Source: the human T2T-CHM13v2.0 reference genome, Homo sapiens. Taken from it: DNA of 64,000 nt. Every line of letters starts with the position of its first letter. The first letter of the stretch is position 1. The DNA is taken from NCBI RefSeq assembly GCF_009914755.1, contig NC_060928.1; one strand, written 5' to 3'. A program made the position numbers and the translations under genes. Below the pieces are notes generated by a model that was not told the DNA's origin, did not search any database, and worked only from the letters and a program-made list of their open reading frames with translations. Positions 1-15,080 of this stretch are shown here, piece after piece.

Positions 1-237
1 AGCAGTGTCATTCATAAAGCAAAAGTTTTTACTTTTGGGATTTATTTTTTGTTGTTACTTTTTCTTTTTAGCGATTATACTTTTGGTATTAAGAATAAGA
101 ACTGTTCACCTAGTGTGGCTTCCTAAAGGTGATTTGGGTTTTTTTAACCCCTGAAATTTTGTTTTTACATTTTACATTGAAATCTGTGATCTATTTAGGG
201 TTAATGCTAGTATAAGATGTGAGATATAGTTACTTTG

Positions 238-630
238 TGTATTAGTTTGTTCTCACACTTCTAATAAAGACATAACCAAGACTGGGTAATTTATAAAGGA
301 AAGAGGTTTAATTGACTCACAGTTCCACAGGGCTGAGGAGGCCTCAAGAAACTTAAAAAATTATGTCAGAAGAGGAAGCAAACACGTCCTTCTTCACATA
401 GCAGCAGCAAAGGGAAGTGTAAAGTGAGGTGGGGCGAAAGCCCCTCATAAAACCACCAGGTCTCATGAGAACTCACTCACTGTCATGAACTCACTGTCAT
501 GAGAACTGCGTGGAGGTAACTGCCCCCATGATTCAATTACCTCCCACCGAGTCCCTCCCACGACATGTGGGGAATATGGAAACTACAGTTCAAGATGAGA
601 TTTGAGTGGAGACACAGGCCAACTATATCA
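238..630 (-). mobile_element. THE1 (THE1C-like) MaLR solo LTR
   Basis: tgtattagtttgttctcacac...gagacacaggccaactatatca; perfect 5-bp TSD ctttg at 233-237 and 631-635. Confidence 0.95.
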
Positions 631-805
631 CTTTGTTTGTTTTTGCCTGTGGATATCCAAATATTTCCATATGATTTCCTCAAAAGGCTATCTTTCTTCC
701 ATTGCATAGAATTCCATTTGCCTCTTTGACAAAAATCAATTAAGAATATTTGTGTGGGTCTATTTCTCTGTTTTCGATTCTGTTCCATTTATCTAAATGT
801 CTATC

Positions 806-1075
806 TGTTGTTTAAGACTTAAAATGAAGGTTAATTATAATGTTTATCTTGAAATCTGGGGAAAACCAGAGGCCCTCTTTTCCAGAGTACAACCCACTGT
901 GGCATTGCACAATATGCATTGTCTTCCTTCTTTGGGCTGTGAATATATGTTACTAACAAACTACTATGAAGCTCATCTGTACAGTGTTGGGTGCTGTGTG
1001 TTTGACCTGTAGCATAACTTTATGATAGTAAGCTCAAAAACCTAACCATGGGATAAAGAGGTTGAGATCAAAACA
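806..1075 (+). mobile_element. Short ERVL-class LTR (LTR41-like), inserted in L1
   Basis: TG...CA termini, TSD ctatc/ctata, and L1 consensus resumes seamlessly across it; family name from memory of the 3' end. Confidence 0.55.
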
Positions 1076-2117
1076 CTATATCTCTGACAATACAACACAT
1101 TTTTTAATTTTGTAGCTATAAAAGTCTTGAAATTGAGTAGACCAATATATCCCACTTTATTATTCTGCTTCAAAATTATTTTAGCTATTCTAGTTCCTTT
1201 GTTTTTGCACCTACATTTTAGAATAATATTGTCAATAACTAAGAATTCTTGCTGGAACTTTGATAGACAAATTGTTAAACCCACATACCAGTAGGAGGAT
1301 AATTGATAGTTTTGCTATATTGAGTCTTCCAATCCATGAACAGGCTATTTATCTCCATTTGGTTAGGTCTTATTTTATTTCTTTCATTACCAACTGCATA
1401 GTTTCTGCATATAAGTTCTGTTAATGTATTCTTAGTTTTATACCTAAGTATTTTGTTGCTTTGATCTTTTTTAAGCAGTTTTAAATGATACTGCATTTTT
1501 AATTTTAACATCAATGTGCTCATTGCTAGTTATAGAAATGCAATTCATTTTTGTAGGTTGGTCTTGTATTCTGTCACCTTTCCAAATAAACCTGCTAGTT
1601 CTAGGAACATTTTTTAAAAAGAGAATTATTGGAATTTTCTAGGTAGAAAATTGTGTCATCTGTAAATAGTTTTTCTTATTTGTTTTTGATTTGTATCCCT
1701 TCTATTGGTCTTTCTTGACAGATTTCACTGACTAGAATTACCAGTACTATGTCAAATAAGAGTGACTAGTTTGGACATATTTTTTCACAATCCTGGTAGA
1801 ATAAAAGCATTCATTTTTTCATGGTTAAGTATATGACTGGTAGGTTTTATTGAGTTTATTTGTTTTGCTTTGTTTTTTGTAAATCCTCTTTATATAGGAA
1901 ATTCTACTCTATTTCTATTTTTCTGACATTTCTTAACAAAAATTATGAATGAGTGTTGAATTTTGTCAAATGCTTTTTCTATACCAATTGATATAATCTT
2001 GAGATTTTTTTTTCTTTCTTATAGTGTTAATATAGTGGGTTACATTTATTGAATTTTGAATATTGATTTAGCCTTCCATGACTGGAATAAACCCCATTTG
2101 GTGATGGTATATAATTC

Positions 2118-2292
2118 ATTTTTTTCTTTTTTTTTATAAATTTTAATTTCTTTATTAAAAAAATAGAGATCTCACTAAAATGAGGCCTCACTATGTTGCC
2201 CAGGCTGGTCTCAAATGCCTGAGTTCAAGTGATTTGCCTGCATCGGCTTCTTAAAGTGCTGAGATTACAAGTGTGAGCCACTGCTCCCAGCC
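2118..2292 (-). mobile_element. FLAM / Alu left monomer
   Basis: cactatgttgcccaggctggtctcaaa...gagccactgctcccagcc, T-tract, TSD tataattc/tataactc. Confidence 0.85.
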
Positions 2293-3639
2293 TATAACTC
2301 TTTGTGTATAATAATTTTGCATCTATATTAATGAAGAACATTGATCTATAGATTTTTTGTTTGTACTCTCTATCCCTTGCTTTAGAAGTAGGGTAATATT
2401 AACTTCATAAAATGAGTTTGAATTTGTCCCCCTACTTTTGTTTCTGCATGAAATTGTGTAGAATTAGTTATTCCTTCTTAAAATATTTATATAATGCTTT
2501 TCTGAAACTATCTGGGCCTTGGAATTTTTAGTGCAAGGAATTTTTAAATTACAAATTTAATATCTCAAGTAGTTACAGGACTATTAACTTTATCTATTTC
2601 ATATTGAGTGAATTGTGATAGGGTATGCTTTTTGAAGAACTGGTCCAGTTCATCTTAATTGTCAAATTTATACATCGATTTGTTTGTAGTATTCCCTTAT
2701 TATTCATCAATGATGGTATGATAGTCCCTGTTTCCTTCCTGATAGTGATAATTTGTTTTGACTTTTTGTCTTTGTCACTCTTGTTAGATATATGTCCGTT
2801 GTATTGATTTTCCTCAAGGACCAGCTACTTGTTCGATCATTTTTCTTACTTGCTTTTTTGTTTTTGTTTTTGTTGCATTATTTCTGGTCCTATTATTTTC
2901 TTCCTTCTGCTTGACTTGTTTTGATATTCTTCTTGGTTCTTGATGTGGAAATTAGATGATTGTTGAAGACAGTTCCTCCTTTTCTAATGTTAATTCTCTT
3001 ATATTTCTTTTCAGCACTGATTTAGCTGCCTCCCACATATTTTGATGTATTACATTTTCACTTTTATTTAGTTCAATTAATTTTTAATTTATAGATGTTT
3101 CAAAGAAGTGTTTAGTTTCTAAGTGTTTGGAGACTTCTTATCTTTCCATTATTGATGTTTGGATTGATTCAGTTGCATTCATAGATTATATTCTCTATGA
3201 TATGCTATATCCAGATATGCTTTGTGAGTGTTTGAAAAAAATGTGTCATCTGCTACTGTGGGATTAGGAGTTCTGTAAGTGTAAATTGAACCCTGTTGGT
3301 TGATAATTTTATTGATTTTTTTTCTATATTCTTGCTAATTTTCTAATTATTATATCAATTGCTGAGAGAGGGGTGTTGAAATTTCCAACAGTAATTGTGG
3401 ATTTATCTATTCCTTTTATCAGTGTTTGCTTGATATACTTTACATGTCTGTTGTTTGGTGCATAAACATTAGGACTGAGGTCCTGTGTGTGGAATGACCC
3501 TTTTACGACCTTATCTAGTGTCCCTTTTAGACTGGTCATTTTCTATGCTCTGAAATCTACTTTACCTGACATTAATATAGCCTGTTTAGCTTTCTTTTGG
3601 TTAATGTAACACATTAATCAAATTAATACATACAAAGTG

Positions 3640-4278
<639 letters not shown>

Positions 4279-6429
4279 TATATCTCTATATAGGTATTTT
4301 AGTGTTTTCTCTAGGTATTAATTTATACATGTGTAACATTGCAGTCTACTCGTGTTGGCATTTTACCAATTTGAATGAAATATAGAGACCTTACACTTTA
4401 TATCCTATTGTTTTTCTCTATTAAATAATTGTGAAAACTATATTCCACATACATTCAGAAGCACATCAGACAGTGTTATAATGTTTGCTGGAACTGTCAA
4501 ACATAATTTAGAAGACTGAGAAAAGGAGGAAAATATGATGTCTTCATTTATATTTTTACTCTTTCTCTTTGTTCATTCTTCCTTGTATGTTCCAAGGTCC
4601 CTTATAACAGTTACTTTTTCTGTTTAGAGAACTTCCTTTAACCATTCTTTTAAGTAGTTGACTGTTCTTTTCTTTTAGCACTTGAGAAAAACTGTTACGT
4701 CACTTCCTTTGGCCTGTTGTTTTCTGATGAGAAATTCACCATAATCTGAACTGTTTTTCCCTATATGTAATTTGTTGCTTTTATCTTACTGTGGTCAAAA
4801 GCATTTTCTTTTTCGTCTTTCAAAAGCTTGACTATGTCTTAGCATAGATTTGTTTAGATTTATTGTGGTTTTGATTCACTCAGCTTCTTGACTGTAGTTT
4901 TCTTTTACCAAGTTTGGGGGGTTTTCAGCAATAATCTCTTGGAATTTATTTTCAGCTCCCCTGTTCTTTCTCCTTGTTTCTTTAACTCTGATGCCACAAA
5001 TGTTCAAATTTTTGTTATAATTTCCCCTGTCCCTGAGGGTTTTCTTCAGTCTATTTTATCTCTGTTTTTGATTTGGGGTAATTTGTGGGGAATTTGCACT
5101 ATTCTGTGTTCCAGGTAACTTTCTTTTGTCTTTTTCATTCTGCTGTTGAGCCATTCCATTGAGTTTTATTGTAGATTAGTTATTACATTTTTTAGAGCTA
5201 AAGTTTTTATGTGGTTCTATACCTCTTCCAATTCTTCATTTAAAATCTGTTTTTTTCATATATTTCATTTGTGTTTATAAATATGCTTATTGAAACATTA
5301 TTGTGACTACTGCTATCTTTGATAACTCTGACATGTCTTTTATTTAGGTGTTGGCAAATAGTCAATGTCTTTTTTCATTCAAGCTGAGATTTTTCTGGAT
5401 GTTTGTATAGCAAGTAATTTTCAACTGACGGCTGACGTTTTGTCTAATGTGGTATGAGGGTCTGTATCTTCGTTAAACCTACTGCTTTAGCTGACTTTCT
5501 CTGACACAGCAATAACAGGGGAAGGGAATACACAGGCTCCTTATTGCTAAGTGGGGGTAGATGTTTACATTCTGCCCTCAGCCTGTGTTGACATCTGAGA
5601 AGGATATTTATGACTACTGCTGAGCTACGGTGGGATTTAGGGCTCCCAGTTTGGCCTCCACTGATACACCTTGGTTGGGATGGTTAGAAGTGCCTCTTTA
5701 CTACACCCCATGTGGCCACTGCAAAGGCTGTAAGAGTTAGGGAGGTTAGTGAAAGACCCGATTTCCCCAGTAGGCCTTTTTGATCTACTCCAGTATTTTG
5801 GGAGAGAGGTGCCTCATTATTGTGAAGTGGGATTGGAAATATGAGCCTTTTACCATGTTGTTTCCATTGACCCCATGCAGGACTGGGCCTTTGTTAGTGC
5901 CTGACAGGTATGAAAGTCTCAGCTATCTGTTCTGTATTCTAGGGCTTTATCCCAGCAGATGTGTCACTCATTACAAGATTTTTTTGTGTGTGTGGAATAT
6001 ACTTGTAGTAGAGTAGTTGTTTCAAAATATTTTGTCTTGCTAGGATGCTACTATCTTGCTCCATAAGATAGAGATAACTGGCTTTTTAGGGTGGCTTTTT
6101 GTTTGTTTTATGTGTGTCGGGGGGTGGAGGGGCTGTTAGGGCCTCTTGGCTTTTCTAGGTTGCCTGATATTTTAGCTCCAAGTCTATGATTAAAAGGCAA
6201 AAGCAAACCCAAATATTTCACCATTATTTCATTCCTTGATTTCCAAAGCACCTAGCCAGTTTGCTTTCTTCTCTCCACATTTTAGAGTCTGTTTTATATA
6301 TAACGCCCAGGGTTTTCCAGTTGTACTTGAAGGAAATAAAAGGTAGAAGATTATTCACTTCATATTCCCTGAAAAAAGTGAGGCTAAATGTTGCCTTGTT
6401 GTTAATCATAAAAAAAAGAAAAAACACTA

Positions 6430-6960
6430 AAATATATATCAATAAGAAATGAATGAATGAACATTGGTATATGTACACAATGACTTATATTTCTACAGTG
6501 ATAATAAATGAGCTTCACACATAAAAACACAAATTAATTTATAAAATGTTAATTAGTAACAGGTTGTTTATGCTGTAATGTTTGAATGTTCAAAAATAAG
6601 CCAGAAAATCAAATATGTTTGTTTAAAGATACATGCATATTTGGTACCCGTGTATGCAATTACATATGTAGGTAATTCTTATTATGGAAGTAGAAAAATG
6701 AAGAGAAAGAAAGATAGTGGAAAAGAGAGAGAATGAGAAAAAGCCTATGAGAAAAATAATTCAGTATGGGCTTTGTCTCTGAGAGGATCAAAAAGACGGA
6801 ATCCATGAAAAATACAAGGAACTTTAATAGTTCTAGTAATATTTCATTTCTTTAGTTGGGTACTATAATCATAATTTTGTTAATATTACTATTAATTATA
6901 ACATGCATACGTGCATTATAAATTTATTTTTATATATTACCCATTAAATAATAAAAATAA
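6430..6960 (+). mobile_element. L1ME-type 3' end fragment
   Basis: Degenerate match to L1M 3' UTR (gaatgaacattggtatatgtacacaatg; gtaatatttcatttctttagttggg). Confidence 0.55.
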
Positions 6961-7849
6961 CAACTTCACGTATGACTGGAATTAATTTTATAAACATGGT
7001 GTAATGAATTTTGGATTTACAGAATACTTAGAGTATAAACCAATTATAAAATTTTAAAAATATGCAAGAAATATGTCATTAGGAGAAATTTATAGTATAA
7101 ATATAAGCATGAAGTATAAATGTAATTTAATATGGATAGTTAACACTATATTAAAGATGATTACTAATTATAGACATAAGGAGAGAGGTTATAATTTGGA
7201 GATAATTCACAAGGGAATTTCAGTGTTTTGCTGGTGTTTGCAATTACTGAGGTCAATGTTTTTTTCTATTACCTTTGTATATTTCTGTACATCTAAAATA
7301 TCTAAAAATGCAATCTTTGCTGCAAGTTAAAAAAATAAATTTCTGAATTCACTGCACTGGCAAAATATACTTGTTCTTAGTCACATGGTACCCTGAATAT
7401 ACTTACTTTATGGAAAATGTATCTTACAAAGCTATTCTTCATTTTTTACATGATAATTTATTATGTAACTTGATGTTGAAGAGTTCAGTATAAATTTAGA
7501 TCCAGCTTAAATACAAGTACTCCAGAAAATACCTTCTAAGTGAATCTATAAAGATAACTTGGTGATGTGTTGGTTTGATTCGCTAGACTTTTCTAATTGT
7601 CAGCTCTCACTAAATGTCACTGAAGCAGCTAAGTCTTGAGTCTTGATTTGCAGAATCTTCATTTTGGGAAAAAGAATTATAACCAGCTTTTGGTTTAACA
7701 GGTGAAACCTCACAAAAATGTTATTTATATTGATCTCTACTGATTACAATATATTCAGGATCTGTCTTCTACCAAGTTTTATTTTCTCTTGAACGAGATG
7801 GAATTTATATTCCTTAAACATCTACCAAATGGTTCCTTTAATAAAAGAA

Positions 7850-8080
7850 GATTCACAAGGTCATGGACTTCAACTTGATCATTACTAGCTGTATTATTAT
7901 ATTAGCTGTATTATCATACTAACTGTATTATTTTGCAAAACATGCAATGTTTATAAATATCTCAACTTCTCCGATTATCCACATCTTCAAAAAAATTGTT
8001 ACTATCACAAGATTGTTGTTAAATTTAATTTAGGAAAGGCATGTGAAGTCCTCCTTAATAAATTGTTCCTAAATAACTAT
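7850..8080 (+). mobile_element. MIR, with a local ~18-bp tandem triplication (ctagctgtattat..) at ~7880-7932
   Basis: Degenerate MIR core and 3' end (gattgttgttaaatttaat...ggcatgtgaagtc...aataactatt). Confidence 0.45.
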
Positions 8081-9609
8081 TCCTATATATAACTGTTTCT
8101 ATATATAAATATAAACAATATAAATTTTTCCTATATATAACTGCTATAGTTATATAAAATTGTAATTAAGTTATTCTGACAAATTCTGAAATAAATATAT
8201 AGGCCTATAGAGTTAAACATTTAGAAAAGTTTTATAACATTAATGTAAAACTTTAAAAATACGTAATTACTTTCATTGTATTTGAATGAGGACTTTATTG
8301 ATATGAACTTCTCTGTGTTTCTATTTCAAGGCAGAGTATGTGGTTGCCTGCATAACTGTTATGTACTGGTGTTATGTACTGGTGTTAAATAGACTTCTGC
8401 GAGGTGTAGTTCTAACTCTAAATATGTATAGCCTATTAAAATTTCTTTTATTTAGTTAGAAAGACATTATGTGTATGTTGATGAAAATTAGGAGAAGGAA
8501 TCATAATGAGTCACAAATGTACTGAGAAAAGACAGAACAGCATTAAGTCTGCAGTGAAAAGGAGCACATATAGTTATAAGTAACAGAACTAATGTGAGCT
8601 TAGTGTCCAGAACAAGATAACTTTCAAATAAATTGTTTGAAAGACAAAAGTAGAATATTAGCTATTTCAGCAGTAAGGCAGAGAAGTACAGGATATCTCT
8701 GTGCAGCTCTGGGATTTTATGAAATTCTGGTTATCTGGATCAGCACATAGCGTAAGGTTTCACTTGCATTAAAATGCTGTTTTCTCTCCTCTATTCTATA
8801 AAACCATTGGCTTTGAAGACTCTATTTTCAAATCCATTTCTTTCTGTTAAGCTTTCTATTCCATCTGATTTGTTCTTTCAAAGGAATGACTTGCATGTGT
8901 CATAGTTATAGGCATTGGACACCAAACAAATGAGATGGGAGCCAAATAATAATTTTTACAGTTTATGGTATTAAGTATGATGTGGCTCATTCCCCAAAAA
9001 ATAGATGGTTATTATTATTGCTGGTGAAATTATAGCTCCTGTTGGTTAAATTTGTTAATGTAAATTGCACAGAAATATGCAATATAACATAACTTTATTA
9101 ACTAACCTAAATATACAATATAAACTGGAATATAAAGTCAATAGATGGCATACATTTATTATTAATTCATGTCCTGAACATTGTTTTTACTTTAAGTCTA
9201 TTTTTCTATAGTTAATAGAGTATAGTAAACCAATTTTGTCTTTGTTATTTGTCAGTAAAATATTTCTACCCTAATACTTTATTTATAAAATAGGGACAAT
9301 ATATTTACCTAACTGAAAGTATTATTTTGAAATTAAATCTGTAAATATGTATAAAATGCTTCAAATATCTTCATTTTTCGATGTATAGGTATTTTTATAT
9401 TTTAGGTGTGTTTCTTGCTAAATTAATTTAGATGTATTTAAATTTATCTGGCTGATTATTCTAATGCTTTATGGGTATTTCTGTCTTTATTAAATTATTT
9501 TGCATTTATTATTAATATTGGTATTTTGATTATTTTTACAATCTTATATTTGCTACTTACCATTTTTTTTTTTTTTACTATTTGAATTCCATGCACCTCG
9601 CTGCTCTTC

Positions 9610-9914
<305 letters not shown>

Positions 9915-10041
9915 CGTTTTTGCCTTCTTTAAATGGTCATATTTCTTAATTTCTTTTTTTCTTCTAATGTGACTTTAAAATTGACATTCTATTGTTTAAA
10001 TTATTTCATTTATTTTTCTCAACTATAGTTGACTTAAGATA

Positions 10042-11555
10042 CGTATTAGTCTGTTCTCACATTTCTATAAAGAAATACCCAAGACTGGGTAATTTATAAA
10101 GGAAAAAAGCTTAATTGACTCACAAAAGCAATAAGGCCCTGGGCCTGGCCCAGGAAACCATTTTTTTCTCCTAGGCCTCTGGGCCTGTGTTGGGGGGTGC
10201 TGCTGTGAAGACCTCTGACATGCCCTGGAGACATTTTTTCCTATTGTCTTGTCAGTTAACATTTGGCTCTTTGTTACTTATGCAAATTTCTGTAGCTGGC
10301 CTGAATTTCTCCCCAGAAAATGGGTTTTTCTTTTCTATTAAATTCCCAGGCTGCAAATATTTCAAACTCTTATTCTCCTCTTCCCTTTGTTTCTTTTGTT
10401 TGTTTGTTTGAGATGGGGTCTTGCTCTGTCACCCAAGCTGGAGTGCCATGGCGCAATCTCGGCTTACTGCAACCTCCACCTCCTGCGTTCAAGCAATTCT
10501 CCTTCCTCGGCCTCCTGAGCAGCTGTGATTACAAATGTGTGCCACCATGCCCCGTTAATTTTTGTATTTTTAATAGGGACAGGGTTTCACCATGTCGGCC
10601 AGGCTGGTTTTGAACCCTGACCTCAGGTGATTCCCCTGCCTTGGCCTCCCAAAATGCCAGGATTACTGGCATGAGCCACCACACCCAGCCTTTGCTTTCC
10701 TTTTAAACATATGTTCTAATTTCAAACCATCTCTTTGTGAATGCATAAAATTGAAGACTTTCAAAATCAACCAGGCCACCTCTTTAATGATTTGCTGCTT
10801 AGAAATTTCTTCTGCCAGATACCTTAAATCATCTCTCTCAAGTTCAAATTTCCACAGATCTCTAGGGCAGGGGGAAAATGGCACCAGTCTCTTTGCTAAA
10901 GTATAGTGAGTCACCTTTATTCCAGTTTCCAACAAGTTTCTCATCCCTTTCTGAGACAACCTGAGCCTGGACTTTATTGTCCATATCACTATCACCATTT
11001 TGATCAATGCAATTCAACAAGTCTCTAGGAAGTTTTAAACTTTCCCACATCTTCCTGTCTTCTTCTGAGCCCTCCAAACTGTGTTTCAACCCTTGCCCGT
11101 CATACAGTTCCAAAGTCACTTCCACATTTTTGGGTATCTTTACAGCAGTACCCCACTCTCTGCAGTACCAAGCACTGTATTAGTCTGTTCTCAGAATGCA
11201 ATAAAGAAATACCCAAGACTAGGTAATTTATAGAGGAAAAAATCTTAATGGACTCACAGTTCCACATGGCATGGGGTGAGCCTCAGGAAACTTACAATTG
11301 TGACAGAAGGTGAAGGGGAAGCAGGGATGTTCTTCACATGGTGGCAGGAGAGAGAAAAGTGAGGAGTAAAGGGGAAATAACCCCTTATATATCCAGCAGA
11401 TCTCATGAGAAATCACTCACTATGACTAGAACAACATGGGGGAAAACTCCTCCATGATCCAATCGCCTCCCACCAGGTCTCTCCCTAGACACATGGGGAT
11501 TATGAGGATTACAACCCAAGATGAGATTTGGGTGGGCATACACCAAACTATATCA
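10042..11555 (-). mobile_element. THE1D-like MaLR provirus with internal deletion: 5' LTR 11176-11555, internal 10125-11175, 3' LTR remnant 10042-10124
   Basis: Two LTR ends (gtattagtctgttctca...); internal ORF relics 10862-11125 (SLEGSEEDRKMWESLKLPRDLLN) and 10663-11007 (PCPRDLWKFELERDDL) are typical THE1-int. Confidence 0.92.
10394..10690 (-). mobile_element. AluS inserted in THE1-int
   Basis: (TTTG)n tail, full antisense Alu dimer. Confidence 0.95.
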
Positions 11556-11756
11556 AGGTGTAAGTATAATTGATTTTTCTATCCCCTTCCAGAGTAGGAC
11601 AATGTGTTTAGAATGCTTAAACTCTAATATTCACACCTCCAGTGTTACATATTCTATACTACATTAGCTAACATTTAATTTCATCTAAATTTCAAAACAA
11701 ATCATTTAATATTTATTTTTGTAGTTAATGATAATTTAAATTAAATAGTCAGTTTA

Positions 11757-12824
11757 TATCGGGGGAACCAGCCCCCAATATTTCAACGTAGGTTGTTTTC
11801 TATTTTCCCTAAGTGTCAGCCAGTCTGAGAAATAAAGAAAAAGAGTACAAAGAGAGAAATTTTACAGCTGGGCCTCCGGGAGTGACATCACATATCGGCA
11901 GGTTCCATGATGCCCCTTGAGCTGCAAAACCAGCAAGTTTTTATTAGGGATTTCAAAAGGGGAGGGGGGTATGAACAGGGAGTAAGTCACAAAGGTCACA
12001 TGCATCAAAGGGCAATAAAAGATCACAAGGGCAGAAGGGCAGAGAAAGATCACAAGGCCAGGGTGAAATTAGAATTACGGATGAGGTTCCATGTCCTGCT
12101 GGGCACGTATTGTCTTGATAAACATCTTAACAGGAAACAGAGTTCGAGAGCAGACAACGGGTTTGACTAGAATTCACCAGGCTGGAATTTCCCAATCCTG
12201 GTAAGCCTGAGGGCACTGCAGGAGACCAGGGCATATTTCATCCCTTATCTTCAACTGCATAAGGCAGACACTCCCAGAGTGGTCATCCATAGGCCTGGGA
12301 ATGCATTCCTTCCCCAGGGTCATTCCTTGCTGGGAAAACAATTCAGCGATATTTCTCCTATTTACTTTCTGCAAGAAGAAAAATATGACTCTATTCTGCC
12401 CGACCCCACAGGAAGTCAGACCTTAAGGTTATCTTCCCTTGTTCCCTGAAGATTGCTGTTCTGTTCTTTTTTAGGGTGCCCTGATTTCATATTGTTCACA
12501 CATTTTACAAACAATTTGTACAGTTAATGCAATCATCACAGGGTCCTGAGGCAACATACATCCTCATCTCATGAAGATGACGGGATTAAGAGATTAAAGT
12601 AAAGACAGGCATAGGAAATTATAAGAGTATTGATTGGGGAAGTGATAAATGTCCATGAAATCTTCACAACTTATGTTCAGAGATTTCAGTAAAGACAGAT
12701 GTAAGAAATTATAAAAGTATTAATTTTGGAAACTGATAAATGTCCATGAAATTTTCACAATTTATGTTCTTCTGCCATAGCTTCAGCCAATCCCTACATT
12801 CAGAGTCCCTGACTTCCTGCAACA
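11757..12824 (-). mobile_element. MER11 solo LTR (ERVK class; length suggests MER11C)
   Basis: Minus strand begins tgttgcaggaagtcagggac, ends ggttcccccgata; perfect 6-bp TSD agttta (11751-11756, 12825-12830). Confidence 0.93.
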
Positions 12825-12859
12825 AGTTTATAAGTAACATGCCTTAACAACTGTGAATT

Positions 12860-13350
12860 CATTTTATTGTAATATACAGAGTACATTTTCTTTTCTGTTG
12901 TAATATATTTTCTCCATGTATTATTTGAAAGCCTCAGAATAATAAAATCCCAGATTTTGAATCTGTTGAAACTATCCTTAGACTCAATCTCAGCCATTCT
13001 TATAGATAAACTAGGTTTATTGGTAATTTAGATATATAATATTTTAATCATTAATTCATATTTTTCTCTCTGATATCTCCTAAAATGTTCTCTGTATTTG
13101 AGGTTCTGCAGTATCTCTATAAAACATCTAGGTGTAGATTTGTTTTATTGTTTAACTGGTGTGGGCCTCCATGTAATCCTATATTGAGAAGTCTCCTGCT
13201 TTTTTTTTTAAATTTCTGCATTGTTTTCTAGTGATTTTAAAAAATATTATTGATTCTTTTAAATTCTCCTTTTTAAAATCAGTCTGAAACATTTGTAAGA
13301 TAGATATTGTAACAATTCATTCTGTCCCCAATGTTTACTTACCTTTCATT
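12860..13350 (-). mobile_element. L1ME-type fragment
   Basis: gttctgcagtatctctataaaacatctaggtgtagatttgttttatt resembles antisense old L1 ORF1 region. Confidence 0.45.
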
Positions 13351-13419
13351 TCTAAACAAAGTACACCTTTTTTGCCTCACTTTTGAAACTCTAGATTTAA
13401 AAAAAAAGAACTATCAAGC

Positions 13420-13680
13420 AAAAATTTAACCCCGACTGAGTAGCTCCAGAGGCTTGAGGTTTAACCATTATGCTCTTGAGAGTAAAATATGAATCTCACA
13501 TGAATTCTTGGTTAACTCTTGTATTAATTTGCAAAACAGCCTTGCCATTTTTCTAATTTACACAGTGAAAACAATATTCAGAGGGATTATTGAAATTGTT
13601 CTAGGTCATATGACTAGTAATTGACTTTTACTCAGGTCTACTTTGAACAATAGCCTGAATTCTTTTTACTACTCCACGTT
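13420..13680. mobile_element. Two MIR fragments
   Basis: gctccagaggcttgaggtttaaccattatgc; atttacacagtgaaaacaatattcagaggg...aggtcatatgactagtaa. Confidence 0.45.
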
Positions 13681-14807
13681 TTGTGCACTTCATATTCTTT
13701 AGGGTCTTACTTTCAATTATAGATGAAAAAGGAAGCACCGTTCCATATTTATGAGAAAGACCTGTGGAGATACGTAAGACTATGAGAATGTGTTTGCATG
13801 TTTTAATGCTTTCCATTAGGTGAAAAGAACAGGAGTAAGACCTGTGTCACTCCCAAACCTCTAAAAAGCTGTGACATTTTCTGCCACTTGTAACATGATT
13901 ATGAAAATTAGGAAAAGAAACATTATTACAATAATGATCTCTACGATTAGAAAAATGATTAATTAATAATAAATTTAATTTAAAAGTGATTATATATTAG
14001 AAATGCAGCTTCTAAGTAAGAAAAGTTTTAATTACTAAGTAGTCTGAGATTTAACTTAAGTATGTGATTAAACGCCTGAGTATAAATTCTATGGATGTGA
14101 CAATCCACCTAAGAAGTTGTAAGAAATAGTGAAATTGAGAAAAACATGATAGAAAGGCAAGCATTCATTATTTTGAAGTTGTGTTAAAAAAGCAGAACAG
14201 TATAGATTTACCAGAAAGTTTGTATCCTTTACCATAAATGTATTTACTCAATTTATAATACAACTTTTAGAATACATGAAAATACTAGCTAGTAAGTGGG
14301 GCCACTTGTGAAAATATTTGTTGTTAAAAACATACTCCTGATTAAAAAGAAAATACAGAAAACAATAAATGATGTTTTCATTCCATTTAGGCTTTATTCA
14401 TCATTATTCTATTCTCCTTTAATAACATATAAGATCAGAAATTCACACTAAATTTAACAAGATTTTTTTAATATTAAAAAATCTATAAATATAACTGAAA
14501 GGATCTGTATGCCTTTATCATTCTAGAACAAATAGAATACAGCTAGAATTTTATAGTGTCTGAATGTTCTTCTTTGAGTAAAAGTACAATTTAATTATTT
14601 ATTAAATAAATATATATTAAGTTCTACCTTCATCTCAGTTTTCAAGGTATTGTCAATGTATTTGTTTACAAAATAGGGAAATATAACCGCTTTTAGGATT
14701 CTTACATTCAATTGTGTGGAGACAGACAATACAACAATAAACACATACAATTCAAGACTGTGACAGGTGCTGTGAGCAAAAATAAAGCTGAAGGGTCTGT
14801 GGTTTTA

Positions 14808-15080
14808 CTTTTTTTATTTTTTATTTTTTTGAGACATAATGTCTCTCTGTTGCCCAGGCTGGAGTGCAGTGGCACAATCTTGACTCACTGCAACCTCCGT
14901 CCCCCCCCGGTTCAGGCGATTCTCCTGCCTTGGCCTCCCGAGTAGCTGGGATTACAGCTGCACACCACCATGCCTGGCTAATTGTTGTATTTTTAGTACA
15001 GATGGGGTTTCACAATGTTGGCCTGGCTTGTCTCCAACTCCTGACCTCAGATGATCCACCCACCTCGGATTTCCAAAGGG
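14808..15080 (-). mobile_element. AluS, 5'-truncated by ~30-35 nt
   Basis: Antisense Alu ending at ttccaaagg; TSD ctgtggtttta on both sides. Confidence 0.95.

Noticed and set aside
10663-11125. ORFs with a protein-like look (RDLWKFELERDDL, GSEEDRKMWESL)
   Set aside because: Frameshifted THE1-internal relics.
12598-12772. ~85-bp direct repeat inside the LTR
   Set aside because: Native feature of the MER11 consensus.
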